53,423 nucleotides of DNA from Propionibacteriaceae bacterium. Its GTDB lineage: Bacteria; Actinomycetota; Actinomycetes; Propionibacteriales; Propionibacteriaceae. The notes under the pieces were generated by a model. The model was not told the origin of the DNA and did not search any database. It worked only from the letters and a program-made list of their open reading frames with translations. The first letter of the stretch is position 1; every line of letters begins with the position of its first letter. Position numbers and translations under genes: made by a program. The DNA lies in assembly GCA_031268515.1 (NCBI GenBank), contig JAIRXC010000011.1, positions 1 to 53,423 of the forward strand, read 5' to 3'. Shown here piece after piece: positions 1-9,571 of the stretch.

Positions 1-180
1 TCCCATCCGCCCACCGTGGCGGCCCCCGCCACGGCTGTGGAGAGGGGTTCGCTACGCGGGCAAAAAACCGTGAGGCACAGGCCCCCGCCACGCGGGCCAT
101 AACCATGAGTCTCGTCGCGCGGTCGCACTGGCGCGGCCGGCCCGGCTATGCTTGAGGCCCCCACGGCGGGACCTCGCCGC

Positions 181-251
181 GCGGATGTAGTTCAATGGCA
201 GAACATCAGCTTCCCAAGCTGACAGTGCGGGTTCGATTCCCGTCATCCGCT
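181..251 (+). tRNA. tRNA-Gly (anticodon CCC)
   Basis: Folds as a cloverleaf: acceptor GCGGATG/CATCCGC, D-arm GTTC..GAAC, anticodon stem TCAGC/GCTGA with loop TTCCCAA, T-arm GCGGG-TTCGATT-CCCGT. CCA is not encoded. Confidence 0.9.
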
Positions 252-369
252 CTCTGGGACGTCTCGGGACATCGGAAACCGGTAGGACTACGGCCCAGCG
301 TGGTTCATCGAGTTGCCGAAATCATTATGAGGCGTCATCTTCACCAAGACTGATCGTCAACGCTACTAA

Positions 370-388
370 CGTAACGGTTTATGTTACG
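370..388. promoter_or_regulatory. Inverted repeat CGTAAC-N7-GTTACG just upstream of abiEi; possible autoregulatory operator
   Basis: Perfect 6-bp arms seen in the sequence, 10 nt before the ATG at 398. AbiEi antitoxins are known to autoregulate through promoter inverted repeats. Confidence 0.35.
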
Positions 389-397
389 ATACCGCAC

Positions 398-1210
398 ATG
401 ACGACAGAAGTGAGAGCTGGCGTGGTTCGCGCGGCGCAAGCCGCTGACTGGACGCTGTCGCAGGGATTGTCGGCATTGACCACCGCTGAAGCCAGCAAGT
501 TGCTGAATGTGCCCGAAGGCCATGTCCGAGTGCGTTTGGCGGCCCCAATCAAGCGCGGCGAATGGGTGTCCCCAGCCAGAGGGCTGTGGGTTCCCGTGCG
601 CCCCGAGCATCGTGCCGCCGGCGGCCCGCCCGGGGTTGAACTGATCGCTGACCTCGCTCGGCATTTCGGGGTCGCCTACTACGTGGGCTGGCTGAGCGCG
701 GCTTCACGCTACGGCGCTGCTCATCATGCTCCTCAGGTGTTCCAGGTCGCCGTGGATGGCAGAGTCGCCGACCGCACGGTGGGCCGAGTGCGGTTTGAGT
801 TCAATCGCCGTGAACGCGCAGGGCGGGCGCCGACTGACATGGTGCGCGCCTACGGCGGCGATGTGCCATTCTCAACCCCCGCCGTGACAGCGCTCGATGT
901 GGCCACCGACATTGACCTTGCCGGGGGGCTCGACAACGCGGCCAACGTTATCGTCGATCTCGTCACCGAGGCGGGCCTGAGCGGTGCGGCCGTGGCCGAA
1001 GCGGCGAAGTGGTTCCCTGTGGCGTCTGCGCGCCGGGTCGGGTGGATCATCGCCACATTCACCGACCTCGCTGACCTAGAACCGTTGCGTCAGGCGGCAC
1101 GAACCGAGGCCATCGCTCCGTCTCTGCTGCATCCGTCTTTCCCGCGCCGCGGGAGCACTGACCCGGCGTGGAGCCTGGTCATCAACAAGGAAGTAGAGCC
1201 CGACACATGA
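398..1210 (+). CDS. Type IV TA system AbiEi-family antitoxin / transcriptional regulator
   Basis: 270-aa ORF resembling AbiEi-family antitoxins. Its stop overlaps the next ATG (ATGA at 1207-1210), and that gene encodes an AbiEii-type nucleotidyltransferase. Confidence 0.75.
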   Translation: MTTEVRAGVVRAAQAADWTLSQGLSALTTAEASKLLNVPEGHVRVRLAAPIKRGEWVSPARGLWVPVRPEHRAAGGPPGVELIADLARHFGVAYYVGWLSAASRYGAAHHAPQVFQVAVDGRVADRTVGRVRFEFNRRERAGRAPTDMVRAYGGDVPFSTPAVTALDVATDIDLAGGLDNAANVIVDLVTEAGLSGAAVAEAAKWFPVASARRVGWIIATFTDLADLEPLRQAARTEAIAPSLLHPSFPRRGSTDPAWSLVINKEVEPDT

Positions 1211-1987
1211 TTCCAGCCAGAGAGGTCACCGCTTGGGGTGTCACACATCCATGGCCGGAGCGGGCCCAGATAGAGCAAGACCTCCTACTCTCACGAGCCA
1301 TCTGCGCCATTGCGGCGCACCCTTTCCTAGGTGACGAGTTGGTGTTCCGCGGCGGCACTGCCTTCCATAAATTGCACCTGCCATTTCCGCTGCGTTACAG
1401 CGAAGACCTCGACTACGTGCGTTCTACCGCCTCTACCGTGGGGCCACTGCTGACGACGCTGCGTCAGATCGGCGACGAGATCGGATTTAAGACAAACTCG
1501 CAGGTCGGAGCGCATCCCAGGGTGCTGTGGCGCACCGCCACCGACGATGGCGTGCCGCTGCGTATCAAGATTGAGATGAACACTCACGAACGTTCCCCCG
1601 CCTTGCCGCACGTCAGAGTGCCTTTCCGAGTTGTCTCAAGGTGGTGGAGCGATGACGCTGAGATCCTCTCCTTCCAAACACCTGAGTTAGCCGCCACGAA
1701 GATTCGCGCGCTATACCAGCGATCGAAGGGCCGAGACCTGTTTGACCTGTGGTTGGCGCTGACGCAGTTGCGCGTCGATCCAACCGCAATCCTGGGCGCC
1801 TTCACCCCACTACCGTCCAGAAGGGTTGACTTCCGCACTGGCAGTTGCGAACCTCCGGGCCAAAGTCGAGGACCCGCAGTTCAGAGACGACATCACTCGC
1901 CTCACTGCGCGCAAACCCATCGATTACGACGTCGCTGCCGCCGCTGATCTGGTGATCAAGGAACTGTTATCAAGGCTGGACGGATAG
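1207..1987 (+). pseudogene. AbiEii/AbiGii-family nucleotidyltransferase toxin, apparently frameshifted near 1800-1810
   Basis: The N-terminus (MIPAREVTAWGVTHPWPERAQIEQDLLLSRA..FRGGTAFHKLHL..RYSEDLDY) is typical of AbiEii. After about codon 200 the track frame becomes Arg/Pro-rich junk. The adjacent frame instead reads HYRPEGLTSALAVANLRAKVEDPQFRDDITRL..KELLSRLDG and stops at 1985-1987. Confidence 0.7.
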
Positions 1988-2250
1988 CTCTGCCGCCGGC
2001 ACGCGCCACCCCTAGAACCCAACCGCCGCCAATCCAAACCAACCGAATATGCTCGAACTCAGTAAGCGGCTGTTTTCCCACGCCAACCTAGGTAACAGCC
2101 ACCGGCTGGAACTTTCCGTAAACAACCAGAAAACGCCTACGGGCCGAGGAGGCCGTAGACCCAAACCCCACCGCCAACCGCCGGTTTTAGCCGCCTACGT
2201 GACAGGCCCGGGCCGCGCCCCGTATCGTGGCAGGGATTCGGGAGGCCTCC

Positions 2251-3699
2251 ATGAACAAGTCATTTTCACGCCGTTGGCGGGCCGCCGCCGTGGCCGCCGC
2301 GTTGGCCGCCGTCGCGGCGGGCTGCACTGGGCAGAACGCGCCCGCCCCCTCGGAGTCCGCGGATTCTTCAACACGCCGGTCCGAGCCCGCCACGTATCTG
2401 ACCGCCCTGGGCGAGTCCGCCGACGCCCGCATGTCGGCGGCGGCTGTCGCGCTCGGCATAGGCTTGTCGGACAACGTGCGGACGGACGCCTACGGCGACT
2501 GGAACCCCCTCCAGCTGTCCGACGACTCGCCGGTCCTCGACCTCGATCTCGACAAGCTCTTGACGCCCGCGACCGAGGAGGGCCAGGAAGTCTCTTTCAG
2601 CGAGCCGTGGGTCGAGAGCGCTTGGTCTGTGGTCGCCGCCTTCCTCGTCAACGAGTGGGCCGACTCTGAGGTGGCCTGGGATGACACGGCCTTCAACCGC
2701 GCGACCGCAGCGGAACGGATAACCGACGGCGGCTATTTTTCACAGGAATACGGCGGCTCCTTCTACTCCTACCTCGACCCTGACGGCGGCCTCATCTCTT
2801 TCACCGCCCACGGTTCTTGGGCGCTCGACCAGGACTACGAGGCTTGGCGGCAAGAGGGGCTGCCGGCCGCCTTCTTCGCCGACGTCGAGGAAGCTGAGAC
2901 CGCCGCCCAACGGGCCGACCGCCACCGCTACATCGGCCGTCTGACGCCCGCCGCCCCGATCCCCTACACGCTCGGCCAGCAGCGGGTCTACGTGACAGGC
3001 CTCGAAGCGGTCAGCGTCGCGGCCGGGCAGGCGACGGAGGAACTCCAGTTGACAGCCTCCATCAGCTATTTCCGGCCGATCCAGGTCGAAGGCGCCGACA
3101 CGCCGCGCTACGAACAGAGCCACGCCTACATCACTTTCATCGTGGCCGCCGTCGACCAGACATCCGTCATCGTCGGTTTCTCGGAAGGCTCGGTGACGCA
3201 CTCGGACGGCGCCTTGCTAAGCGGCCAGGAGATGTCCCGGCTGCCCCTCTTGACGGCCTCCGACGCGGCTGACCCGGCCCCGGCCGCGGGCTCGCCTGTG
3301 ACACAGGCCGATTGGGCTTACAGCCTTCCCAAGACCGCCGCCGCCGATGAGGACGGCTCTTGCGCTGTGACGCTGCCAGACGGCTACGAAGGCCAGTTCA
3401 CCTCCTACGACCTGCCAGAGGCGGCCTCGGGCTTGCCGGCTTGCCTCCAGGTTTGGACGTATCCGACGGATGTCACGGAAATAGGCGAAGGCTGGGTCGC
3501 GCCGAGCACGACGCTGTGGGGTTTTGAGCGCGGCGGCGCCGTCGGCGTCATCAGCGTCGACTCCTACGTCTCGGTCGATGACATCCTCATCGACCTCATC
3601 GACCAGCAAGGCCAGCGCCTACGGCTGGAAGCGACCGTGCCGGCGGGCACAGGCCAAGCTTTCGCGGCGTCGTTGGCGGATTCGCTGCACTTGGCCTGA
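2251..3699 (+). CDS. Secreted lipoprotein, function unknown
   Basis: GGGAGG RBS before the ATG at 2251. Signal peptide with lipobox (AAVAAGC-TGQ). Acidic mature protein with no domain I recognise. Confidence 0.7.
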   Translation: MNKSFSRRWRAAAVAAALAAVAAGCTGQNAPAPSESADSSTRRSEPATYLTALGESADARMSAAAVALGIGLSDNVRTDAYGDWNPLQLSDDSPVLDLDLDKLLTPATEEGQEVSFSEPWVESAWSVVAAFLVNEWADSEVAWDDTAFNRATAAERITDGGYFSQEYGGSFYSYLDPDGGLISFTAHGSWALDQDYEAWRQEGLPAAFFADVEEAETAAQRADRHRYIGRLTPAAPIPYTLGQQRVYVTGLEAVSVAAGQATEELQLTASISYFRPIQVEGADTPRYEQSHAYITFIVAAVDQTSVIVGFSEGSVTHSDGALLSGQEMSRLPLLTASDAADPAPAAGSPVTQADWAYSLPKTAAADEDGSCAVTLPDGYEGQFTSYDLPEAASGLPACLQVWTYPTDVTEIGEGWVAPSTTLWGFERGGAVGVISVDSYVSVDDILIDLIDQQGQRLRLEATVPAGTGQAFAASLADSLHLA

Positions 3700-3844
3700 C
3701 CGCTCCAAAACCGCGCTGCTGGCCCTGGCCGCCCGCGGGCGCGGCCACTTCGCTTGGGCTTTCTGTGCCTCTTGGCCCGGGTCCGCCGCGCTTCTGGCCG
3801 CCATGGGAAACTTTTCCACCCCAAGCTCAGGCTTCCCGCGCCTC

Positions 3845-6445
3845 TTAGCCCTGGTCCGCGGCGGCCGTCGGCGGGGCCGTCAAGACCAGTTCGTCGCCCC
3901 ACTCGCCGACGTCAAAGGCGGCCTTGTCGCCGTCCGCCACGTGGCCGGCCAGCACCTGTCTGGCCAAGGGGTCTTCGATCGCCGTTTGGATGAGGCGGCG
4001 CAAAGGCCGCGCCCCGTAGGCCGGGTCGTAGCCCCGGTCCGCCAGCCACTCCCGCGCTTCCTTCGTCAAATCGATGGTGATACGGCGCTCGAGCAGGCGG
4101 CGGTTCAAGCGGCCGAGGCTGATCTCCACGATCCGAGCCAGGTCGTCACGGGTCAGCTGATTGAAAACGACGATGTCGTCAAGCCGATTTAAGAACTCCG
4201 GTTTGAAGACCAGCCGGACCTGGCCGAGGACTTCTTCGCGGCGCTGCTCTTCGTCCATCGTCGGGTCGGTGATGAACTGGGAGCCGATGTTCGAGGTCAA
4301 GATGATAATTGTGTTGCGGAAGTCGACGGTCCGGCCTTGGCCGTCGGTCAGGCGCCCGTCGTCGAGGACCTGGAGGAGGATGTTGAAAACCTCCGGGTGG
4401 GCTTTTTCGACTTCGTCCAACAAGATGACCGAATACGGGCGGCGGCGCACCGCCTCGGTCAGCTGGCCGCCCTCCTCGTAGCCGATGTAGCCGGGGGGCG
4501 CTCCGACCAGGCGGGAGACGGCGTGTTTCTCGGAGTATTCGCTCATGTCGATGCGGACCATGGCGGATTCGTCGTCGAAGAGGAACTCGGCCACCGCTTT
4601 GGCCAACTCGGTTTTGCCAACGCCGGTCGGACCCAAGAAGAGGAAGGAACCGGTCGGCCGCTGGGGGTCGGACAAGCCGGCCCGAGCCCGCCGGATGGCG
4701 TCGGCGACGGTCGCGACGGCTTCGGTTTGGCCGATCAGGCGGGCGCCGACCCGCTCTTCCAGACCGAGGAGTTTTTCTTGTTCGCCTTGGAGGAGTTTGC
4801 CGACGGGCACGCCGGTCCAAGCCGACACGACCTCGGCGATGTCGGCGGCGCCGACCTCTTCTGAGACCATGGCCCGCGCCTGGTCGGCCGAAGCGGCTTG
4901 GGCCAGCTGGGCTTCAAGCTGAGGCAGCTCGCCGTAGAGCAACTCGGATGCTTTCGTGAGGTCGCCGTCGCGCTGAGCCCGGTCGGCTTCGACCCGGACC
5001 TGGTCGATCCGTTCGGTGATCCGCCCGACCTCGTTGAGGCCGGCCTTCTCCTTCTCCCAGCGGGCCTCCAAGCCCCGCAGTTGTTCTTTGGCGTCGGCCA
5101 GGGCGGCTTGCAGGCGGGCCAGCCGCTCGGCCGAAGCCGGGTCGTCTTCTTTCTCCAAGGCGAATTGCTGCATTGTCATGCGGTCGACCTGGCGGCGCAG
5201 TTCGTCGATTTCTTCGGGAGAGGAGTCGATTTCCATACGCAGCCGCGAGGCGGCCTCGTCCACCAGGTCGATGGCCTTGTCAGGCAGCTGGCGGGAGGTG
5301 ATGTAGCGGTTCGACAAGCTAGCGGCGGCAACCAAAGCAGAATCCGTGATACGAACCTTGTGATGGGCTTCGTAGCGTTCCCGTAGGCCGCGCAAGATGG
5401 CGACCGTCTCCTCGACCGAGGGCTCGCCGACGTAGACCTGCTGGAAGCGGCGTTCCAAAGCGGGGTCTTTCTCGATCCGTTCGCGGTGCTCGTCGAGAGT
5501 CGTGGCCCCGATCATCCGCAGTTCGCCGCGGGCCAGCATGGGCTTGATCATGTTGCCGGCGTCCAAAGCGCCCTCGGAAGCGCCCGCGCCGACGAGGCTG
5601 TGGAGCTCGTCGATGAAGGTGATGACCTGGCCTTCGGCGTCGCGGATCTCGGTCAGGACGGCCTTGAAACGCTCCTCGAATTCGCCCCGGTATTTCGCCC
5701 CGGCGACCATTGAGGCCAAGTCGATGGAGACAAGGCGGCGGCCCTTGAGAGAGTCTGGCACATCGCCCGCCACGATCCTTTGGGCCAATCCGTCGACGAC
5801 GGCGGTCTTGCCGACGCCGGGCTCGCCGATCAGGACGGGATTGTTCTTGGTCCGCCGGGCCAAGACCTGGATGACACGACGGATTTCCTGGTCGCGGCCG
5901 ATGACCGGGTCGAGTTTGCCTTCACGGGCCCGCTCGGTCAGGTCGACCGAGTATTTGGCCAGGGCCGATTCGCCGCCTTCAGCTTCGGCCGAGGTGACGC
6001 GTTTGCCGCCGCGGGCGGCCTGGAAGGCGGCGATGAGAGGTTCGGCGCTGACGCCGTGCTGGTTCAGCAGGCGTTGGGTTTCTGACTCGGCCAAGCTGAG
6101 GCCGATCAGGAGGTGCTCGGTCGTGACGAACTGGTCTCCCATGGCCTGGGCCTGGGTTTCCGCCTCGGCCAGGACGCGGGCCAAGGCGCCGTCCAGGGTC
6201 GGCTGGGTGACGGAGGCGCCCTTGGCGCTGGGCAGTTTCTTGATGGCGGTGTCGGCGGCGGCGGCGATGGCGGCCGGGTCGGCGCCGAGTTGGGCCATCA
6301 GCGGCCCGACGGTGTTGTCGGGGATGAGGAGGAGCCCGGCCAACAGGTGGACAGGCTGGGCGCTGGCGTTGCCGTGGGTGAGGGCCAGCCGGATGGCCGC
6401 CGTGTAGGCGTCCCGGCTCATGGCGGTGAGTTTGTCGGTGTCCAT
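3845..6445 (-). CDS. clpB: ATP-dependent chaperone ClpB
   Basis: 866 aa with a Clp N-domain, two AAA+ modules ([18 protein letters not shown]) and a long coiled-coil middle domain. Confidence 0.97.
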   Translation of the reverse strand: MDTDKLTAMSRDAYTAAIRLALTHGNASAQPVHLLAGLLLIPDNTVGPLMAQLGADPAAIAAAADTAIKKLPSAKGASVTQPTLDGALARVLAEAETQAQAMGDQFVTTEHLLIGLSLAESETQRLLNQHGVSAEPLIAAFQAARGGKRVTSAEAEGGESALAKYSVDLTERAREGKLDPVIGRDQEIRRVIQVLARRTKNNPVLIGEPGVGKTAVVDGLAQRIVAGDVPDSLKGRRLVSIDLASMVAGAKYRGEFEERFKAVLTEIRDAEGQVITFIDELHSLVGAGASEGALDAGNMIKPMLARGELRMIGATTLDEHRERIEKDPALERRFQQVYVGEPSVEETVAILRGLRERYEAHHKVRITDSALVAAASLSNRYITSRQLPDKAIDLVDEAASRLRMEIDSSPEEIDELRRQVDRMTMQQFALEKEDDPASAERLARLQAALADAKEQLRGLEARWEKEKAGLNEVGRITERIDQVRVEADRAQRDGDLTKASELLYGELPQLEAQLAQAASADQARAMVSEEVGAADIAEVVSAWTGVPVGKLLQGEQEKLLGLEERVGARLIGQTEAVATVADAIRRARAGLSDPQRPTGSFLFLGPTGVGKTELAKAVAEFLFDDESAMVRIDMSEYSEKHAVSRLVGAPPGYIGYEEGGQLTEAVRRRPYSVILLDEVEKAHPEVFNILLQVLDDGRLTDGQGRTVDFRNTIIILTSNIGSQFITDPTMDEEQRREEVLGQVRLVFKPEFLNRLDDIVVFNQLTRDDLARIVEISLGRLNRRLLERRITIDLTKEAREWLADRGYDPAYGARPLRRLIQTAIEDPLARQVLAGHVADGDKAAFDVGEWGDELVLTAPPTAAADQG

Positions 6446-6468
6446 GGGGCGAGAAGAACTCCGTATCC

Positions 6469-6495
6469 AAAGTTGAGTCTGAGTGGCTCAACTTT
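6469..6495. promoter_or_regulatory. HspR operator (HAIR) upstream of clpB
   Basis: AAAGTTGAGT-CTGAGTG-GCTCAACTTT fits the HAIR consensus CTTGAGT-N7-ACTCAAG. It lies 24 nt upstream of the clpB start. Confidence 0.8.
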
Positions 6496-6582
6496 AACCG
6501 TGGGTACGGCTGGAGTCCAATCGACGGCGCGCCTCAGACTCTTTGCGCGCCAACGCCTCGCTTGTGGGGCTGGCCCCCGGCC

Positions 6583-7269
6583 TCACCTACGACGGCACTC
6601 TGGGCCGACACCTACGGCCAGGGACCCCGGGTCGCTCAGAGGTTTCCCGCACACCAGGCAACGGTTCCCCCGGAACACCTCGGCGGGAGGGCTGTCAGGC
6701 GACGCGGCCGGCTCGACCCCCGCAAACACCGTTCGCATCGCCTCGAACAGCCTCGGATGCCCAGAACCCAACGCCGCGTGCAACGTCTCCGGCGTGTTGG
6801 GCGGGCGCAATCTCCCGGCTGCCATGGCTGCCAATGATTGCCGATACTCAGCCTCGCCCAGCATGTGCGCCAAAAACAGATCCGGATGCACAGCCGACAC
6901 GCCCAGATCACCCAGATCGCCACGCCCGAAGTCCTGGACATTGCGCGTCACCAGCACCCGTATGCCAGCGGCCTTGGCCGCGGCCAAGACGTGCCGATCT
7001 GTCGCCGCCGTATCCGACAAGGCCTCCATCGCCTCCGGGGTCGCAGCCGGCCCCAAGACAGCCGTGCCCCAATCGAACCGGCCCCGCACTTCGGCCACGG
7101 GAGTTTGGCCGGGGCGCAGAGCCCGATCAGCCTCCCACTCGACAGCCTGGCTCCAGCAGACTTGAAACCTCGACCCTCTCTTGGTCGAAGTCACGATGAG
7201 CAAGGTGCGCGTCATGGGCGCGGCCAGCACATCAGCGTCAAGGAAGACGCGCACCTGGTCAGAAGTCAT
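6583..7269 (-). CDS. PIN-domain protein with a C-terminal Cys-rich (DUF6011-like) tail; putative toxin
   Basis: VFLDADVL..HVLAAAKAAGIRVLVTRNVQDF is a PIN signature. The C-terminus is RCLVCGKPLSDPGSLAVGVGPECRRR. The start at MTSDQVRVF overlaps the upstream HTH gene by 11 nt. Confidence 0.7.
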   Translation of the reverse strand: MTSDQVRVFLDADVLAAPMTRTLLIVTSTKRGSRFQVCWSQAVEWEADRALRPGQTPVAEVRGRFDWGTAVLGPAATPEAMEALSDTAATDRHVLAAAKAAGIRVLVTRNVQDFGRGDLGDLGVSAVHPDLFLAHMLGEAEYRQSLAAMAAGRLRPPNTPETLHAALGSGHPRLFEAMRTVFAGVEPAASPDSPPAEVFRGNRCLVCGKPLSDPGSLAVGVGPECRRR

Positions 7270-7600
7270 TGGCCATGACCGCCGCGGTCTCAGCCCACAT
7301 CCGGTCACGGTAACTGTCAAGATCAGATTTTCTGATACGCCAGTGAGAACCCTTCTTGAAGGCCTTGATCGTTCCGTCTTCGATGCGCCGCTGAATCGTC
7401 ATCCTCGACACATGCGCTGCCTCGGCGGCTTCCTGGGGCGAGTACAGCCGCTCATCGGCGACCACCGTCACCGTCTTGCCCTCACTCGTGGCCTTTTCCA
7501 CGAACGTCAGCACCGATCTCGCCCAGTCAGAGTCCCGGGACGGGTTCAACCGCACCGACGCGGGCGGAATCACAACAACTTGACTCTCCAAAGTTTCCAT
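7259..7600 (-). CDS. Excisionase/MerR-like HTH DNA-binding protein; putative antitoxin of the PIN gene
   Basis: 113 aa. LYSPQEAAEAAHVSRMTIQRRIEDGTIKAFKKGSHWRI is a typical excisionase-family HTH. Overlaps the downstream PIN gene. Confidence 0.7.
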   Translation of the reverse strand: METLESQVVVIPPASVRLNPSRDSDWARSVLTFVEKATSEGKTVTVVADERLYSPQEAAEAAHVSRMTIQRRIEDGTIKAFKKGSHWRIRKSDLDSYRDRMWAETAAVMANDF

Positions 7601-7843
7601 GCGCCCAGCCTACACCCGATTGAGCATCCAGCCATAACTAACTGACCACGACTTACCACCAGACGGCTTGCCCGCCTGCCTGGGACACACTGTCGCAGCC
7701 ATGGGATTTCCGCTGCCCCAAGCGAACTCGGCTCGAAGCCCAAAGCGCCGGCCGCCGCGTCAAACCGAGGCTGATCGGCCGTGCGCCCAGACGGCCGCAG
7801 GCCAACCCGCGCCAGGCCTTCGGCCACGAACGCCTACGCGTCC

Positions 7844-9487
7844 TCATGTCAGAGTCGCCTTTATCAGCTGCGCCTCCCGCCGCTCCTTCTTCGCACGACG
7901 CCTCTCCAATCTCTTGCGTCGCAAGAGTTCCGGCGCCCCCGAGACGGAACAGCCACAACTGATGGCGCCGCCTAACGAAAGTCCTACCGGCCAGCCAAGA
8001 ACTAACGGAATGGTGATGAACGCGATGAAGTCGAAACCTCGAAAGACGTCTCCCGTCAGCGTTGGCGGCACAGCGCCAAAACCAACCTGAAGAAGTGGTT
8101 GGCCGTAATCGATTGGCGGCGCTGAAACCCACCGGATGGCAGCCAACAGACCTGCTGCGGCTGTCACGACTGACCAGGCAAACCCTTCAGCCCAGCCTAA
8201 CTTCGAATCATCAAAACAAAGAAAAGATGGTGTGGCGAGCAAGGCCCACAGCAAACCCACACCAGCCGCGACCGCCGAGGTAGACAATCGCACGCCAATT
8301 TCCGACATCGGAAAGAGCCGGGGCAAACTGGCAGTCCGCGCCATAGCCCTCAGGCTCCCCAAGAACGGAACCAGAGCCACCAACAGGACAACAGCGGAAA
8401 CTGTCGGCGCGAAAGCTTGGAAACCCAAGGCGTTGACCGCGTAGGGAACTCCGACGCTGGCTGAAAACAAGCCCCAACGGCGCGGATATCGAGTTAGCCG
8501 CTGCACATCACGCCAAACCACCGCCCACGCTCCGCGCCCCCGGCCGGTTCGCGGCATGACATGACCGATGTTCTTCGCCGACCGCTCTGTCAAAATATCC
8601 CACAGCAAAGCAAAATTAAGCGCGTAGGCAGCTCCCTGCAAACTGGCAATCAAACTGCCGCCCGAAACCAGCCGCCCGCGATGGATGTGGTCCAACCTGG
8701 CTAGCGCCCACAGGCTGCAAAGCAGCAGACCGGCCGCCGCCACGATCCCGAAACCGCCCGTAAGGCGATCCCACAACGATTCGGAGAGGCTGGTGGCAAA
8801 CCATCCGGCTCCCATTCCCGTCACTGTCACCAACATGCCAACCGCGGCCATCCCACACAACCACTGGAGTGTGTTCATGGCCCAATTTCTCAGATAGGTC
8901 TGCTCGACGGCCGCCGCGGCCGTCAACCAGCCCCCGCCCAATCCGAAAGCCGCCGCCCACAAGACAATCTGCCGTGGGCTGTAGCCTGCCAAAGCCATGA
9001 CAGCGCTGACTGCAAGCGCGCTGCCGGCCACCTGGACCAACACCACCGCCAGCAAGCGGCCGCGCAATAATTTAGCCCGATTGATCGGTGTGTCTAGCAG
9101 CCAGGTTCCCTCCGCCGCCGAGGCGACCACCGGACCCAGTAAGCGGGCGACGGCTAAGGCCGCCGTGAAAAGCGTCAACGCCGCGACCCACGGCAGAAGG
9201 GTCCGTCCAATGGCACAACCTGCCGTGCCGCAGACAGCGGCGCCACTTTGAGCTAGGCGAATCCCACCCCACAGCATCGCGCCAATCACCAAAACACCTA
9301 CAACAGCTATATAGCCATCTGACAGCGCTTGGCCTAAAGTCAGCGTCGCGCGCCCCCTGCGCCAACTCCGCATGATGGCTTTAAGCTCAGCGACGCTAGC
9401 CTGGGTAGGAACTGCGGGGCCAGAATCTGTTTTCCCGCTTGAGCCAATCATAATGTTCTCAATTCTATTGGCGGCGGGCTTTGACAC
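7844..9487 (-). CDS. Polytopic integral membrane protein, about 12 predicted TM helices (possibly ABC-2/DUF6297-like)
   Basis: 547-aa ORF with many hydrophobic helices and a basic C-terminal tail. The start is uncertain because a strong terminator hairpin sits 10 nt upstream of the first ATG. Confidence 0.6.
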   Translation of the reverse strand: MSKPAANRIENIMIGSSGKTDSGPAVPTQASVAELKAIMRSWRRGRATLTLGQALSDGYIAVVGVLVIGAMLWGGIRLAQSGAAVCGTAGCAIGRTLLPWVAALTLFTAALAVARLLGPVVASAAEGTWLLDTPINRAKLLRGRLLAVVLVQVAGSALAVSAVMALAGYSPRQIVLWAAAFGLGGGWLTAAAAVEQTYLRNWAMNTLQWLCGMAAVGMLVTVTGMGAGWFATSLSESLWDRLTGGFGIVAAAGLLLCSLWALARLDHIHRGRLVSGGSLIASLQGAAYALNFALLWDILTERSAKNIGHVMPRTGRGRGAWAVVWRDVQRLTRYPRRWGLFSASVGVPYAVNALGFQAFAPTVSAVVLLVALVPFLGSLRAMARTASLPRLFPMSEIGVRLSTSAVAAGVGLLWALLATPSFLCFDDSKLGWAEGFAWSVVTAAAGLLAAIRWVSAPPIDYGQPLLQVGFGAVPPTLTGDVFRGFDFIAFITIPLVLGWPVGLSLGGAISCGCSVSGAPELLRRKRLERRRAKKERREAQLIKATLT

Positions 9488-9496
9488 AAGAGAAAC

Positions 9497-9529
9497 GGGG
9501 GTCCGCCGACAATCAATCGGCGGACCCCC
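9497..9529 (-). terminator. Intrinsic terminator after the LRR surface-protein gene
   Basis: Perfect 13-bp stem GGGGGTCCGCCGA/TCGGCGGACCCCC with a 7-nt loop, followed on the minus strand by TTTCTCTT. Confidence 0.75.
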
Positions 9530-9571
9530 GCAGGCTAAGGCCTTAAATTTTGAGAGGCGGACTGAAGACGG

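Noticed and set aside
252-400. Integrase or att-site evidence for a tRNA-Gly-targeted integrative element carrying AbiE
   Set aside because: I found no integrase gene and, by eye, no second copy of the tRNA 3' end in the following 3 kb. The island hypothesis is left only as a comment in the AbiE finding.
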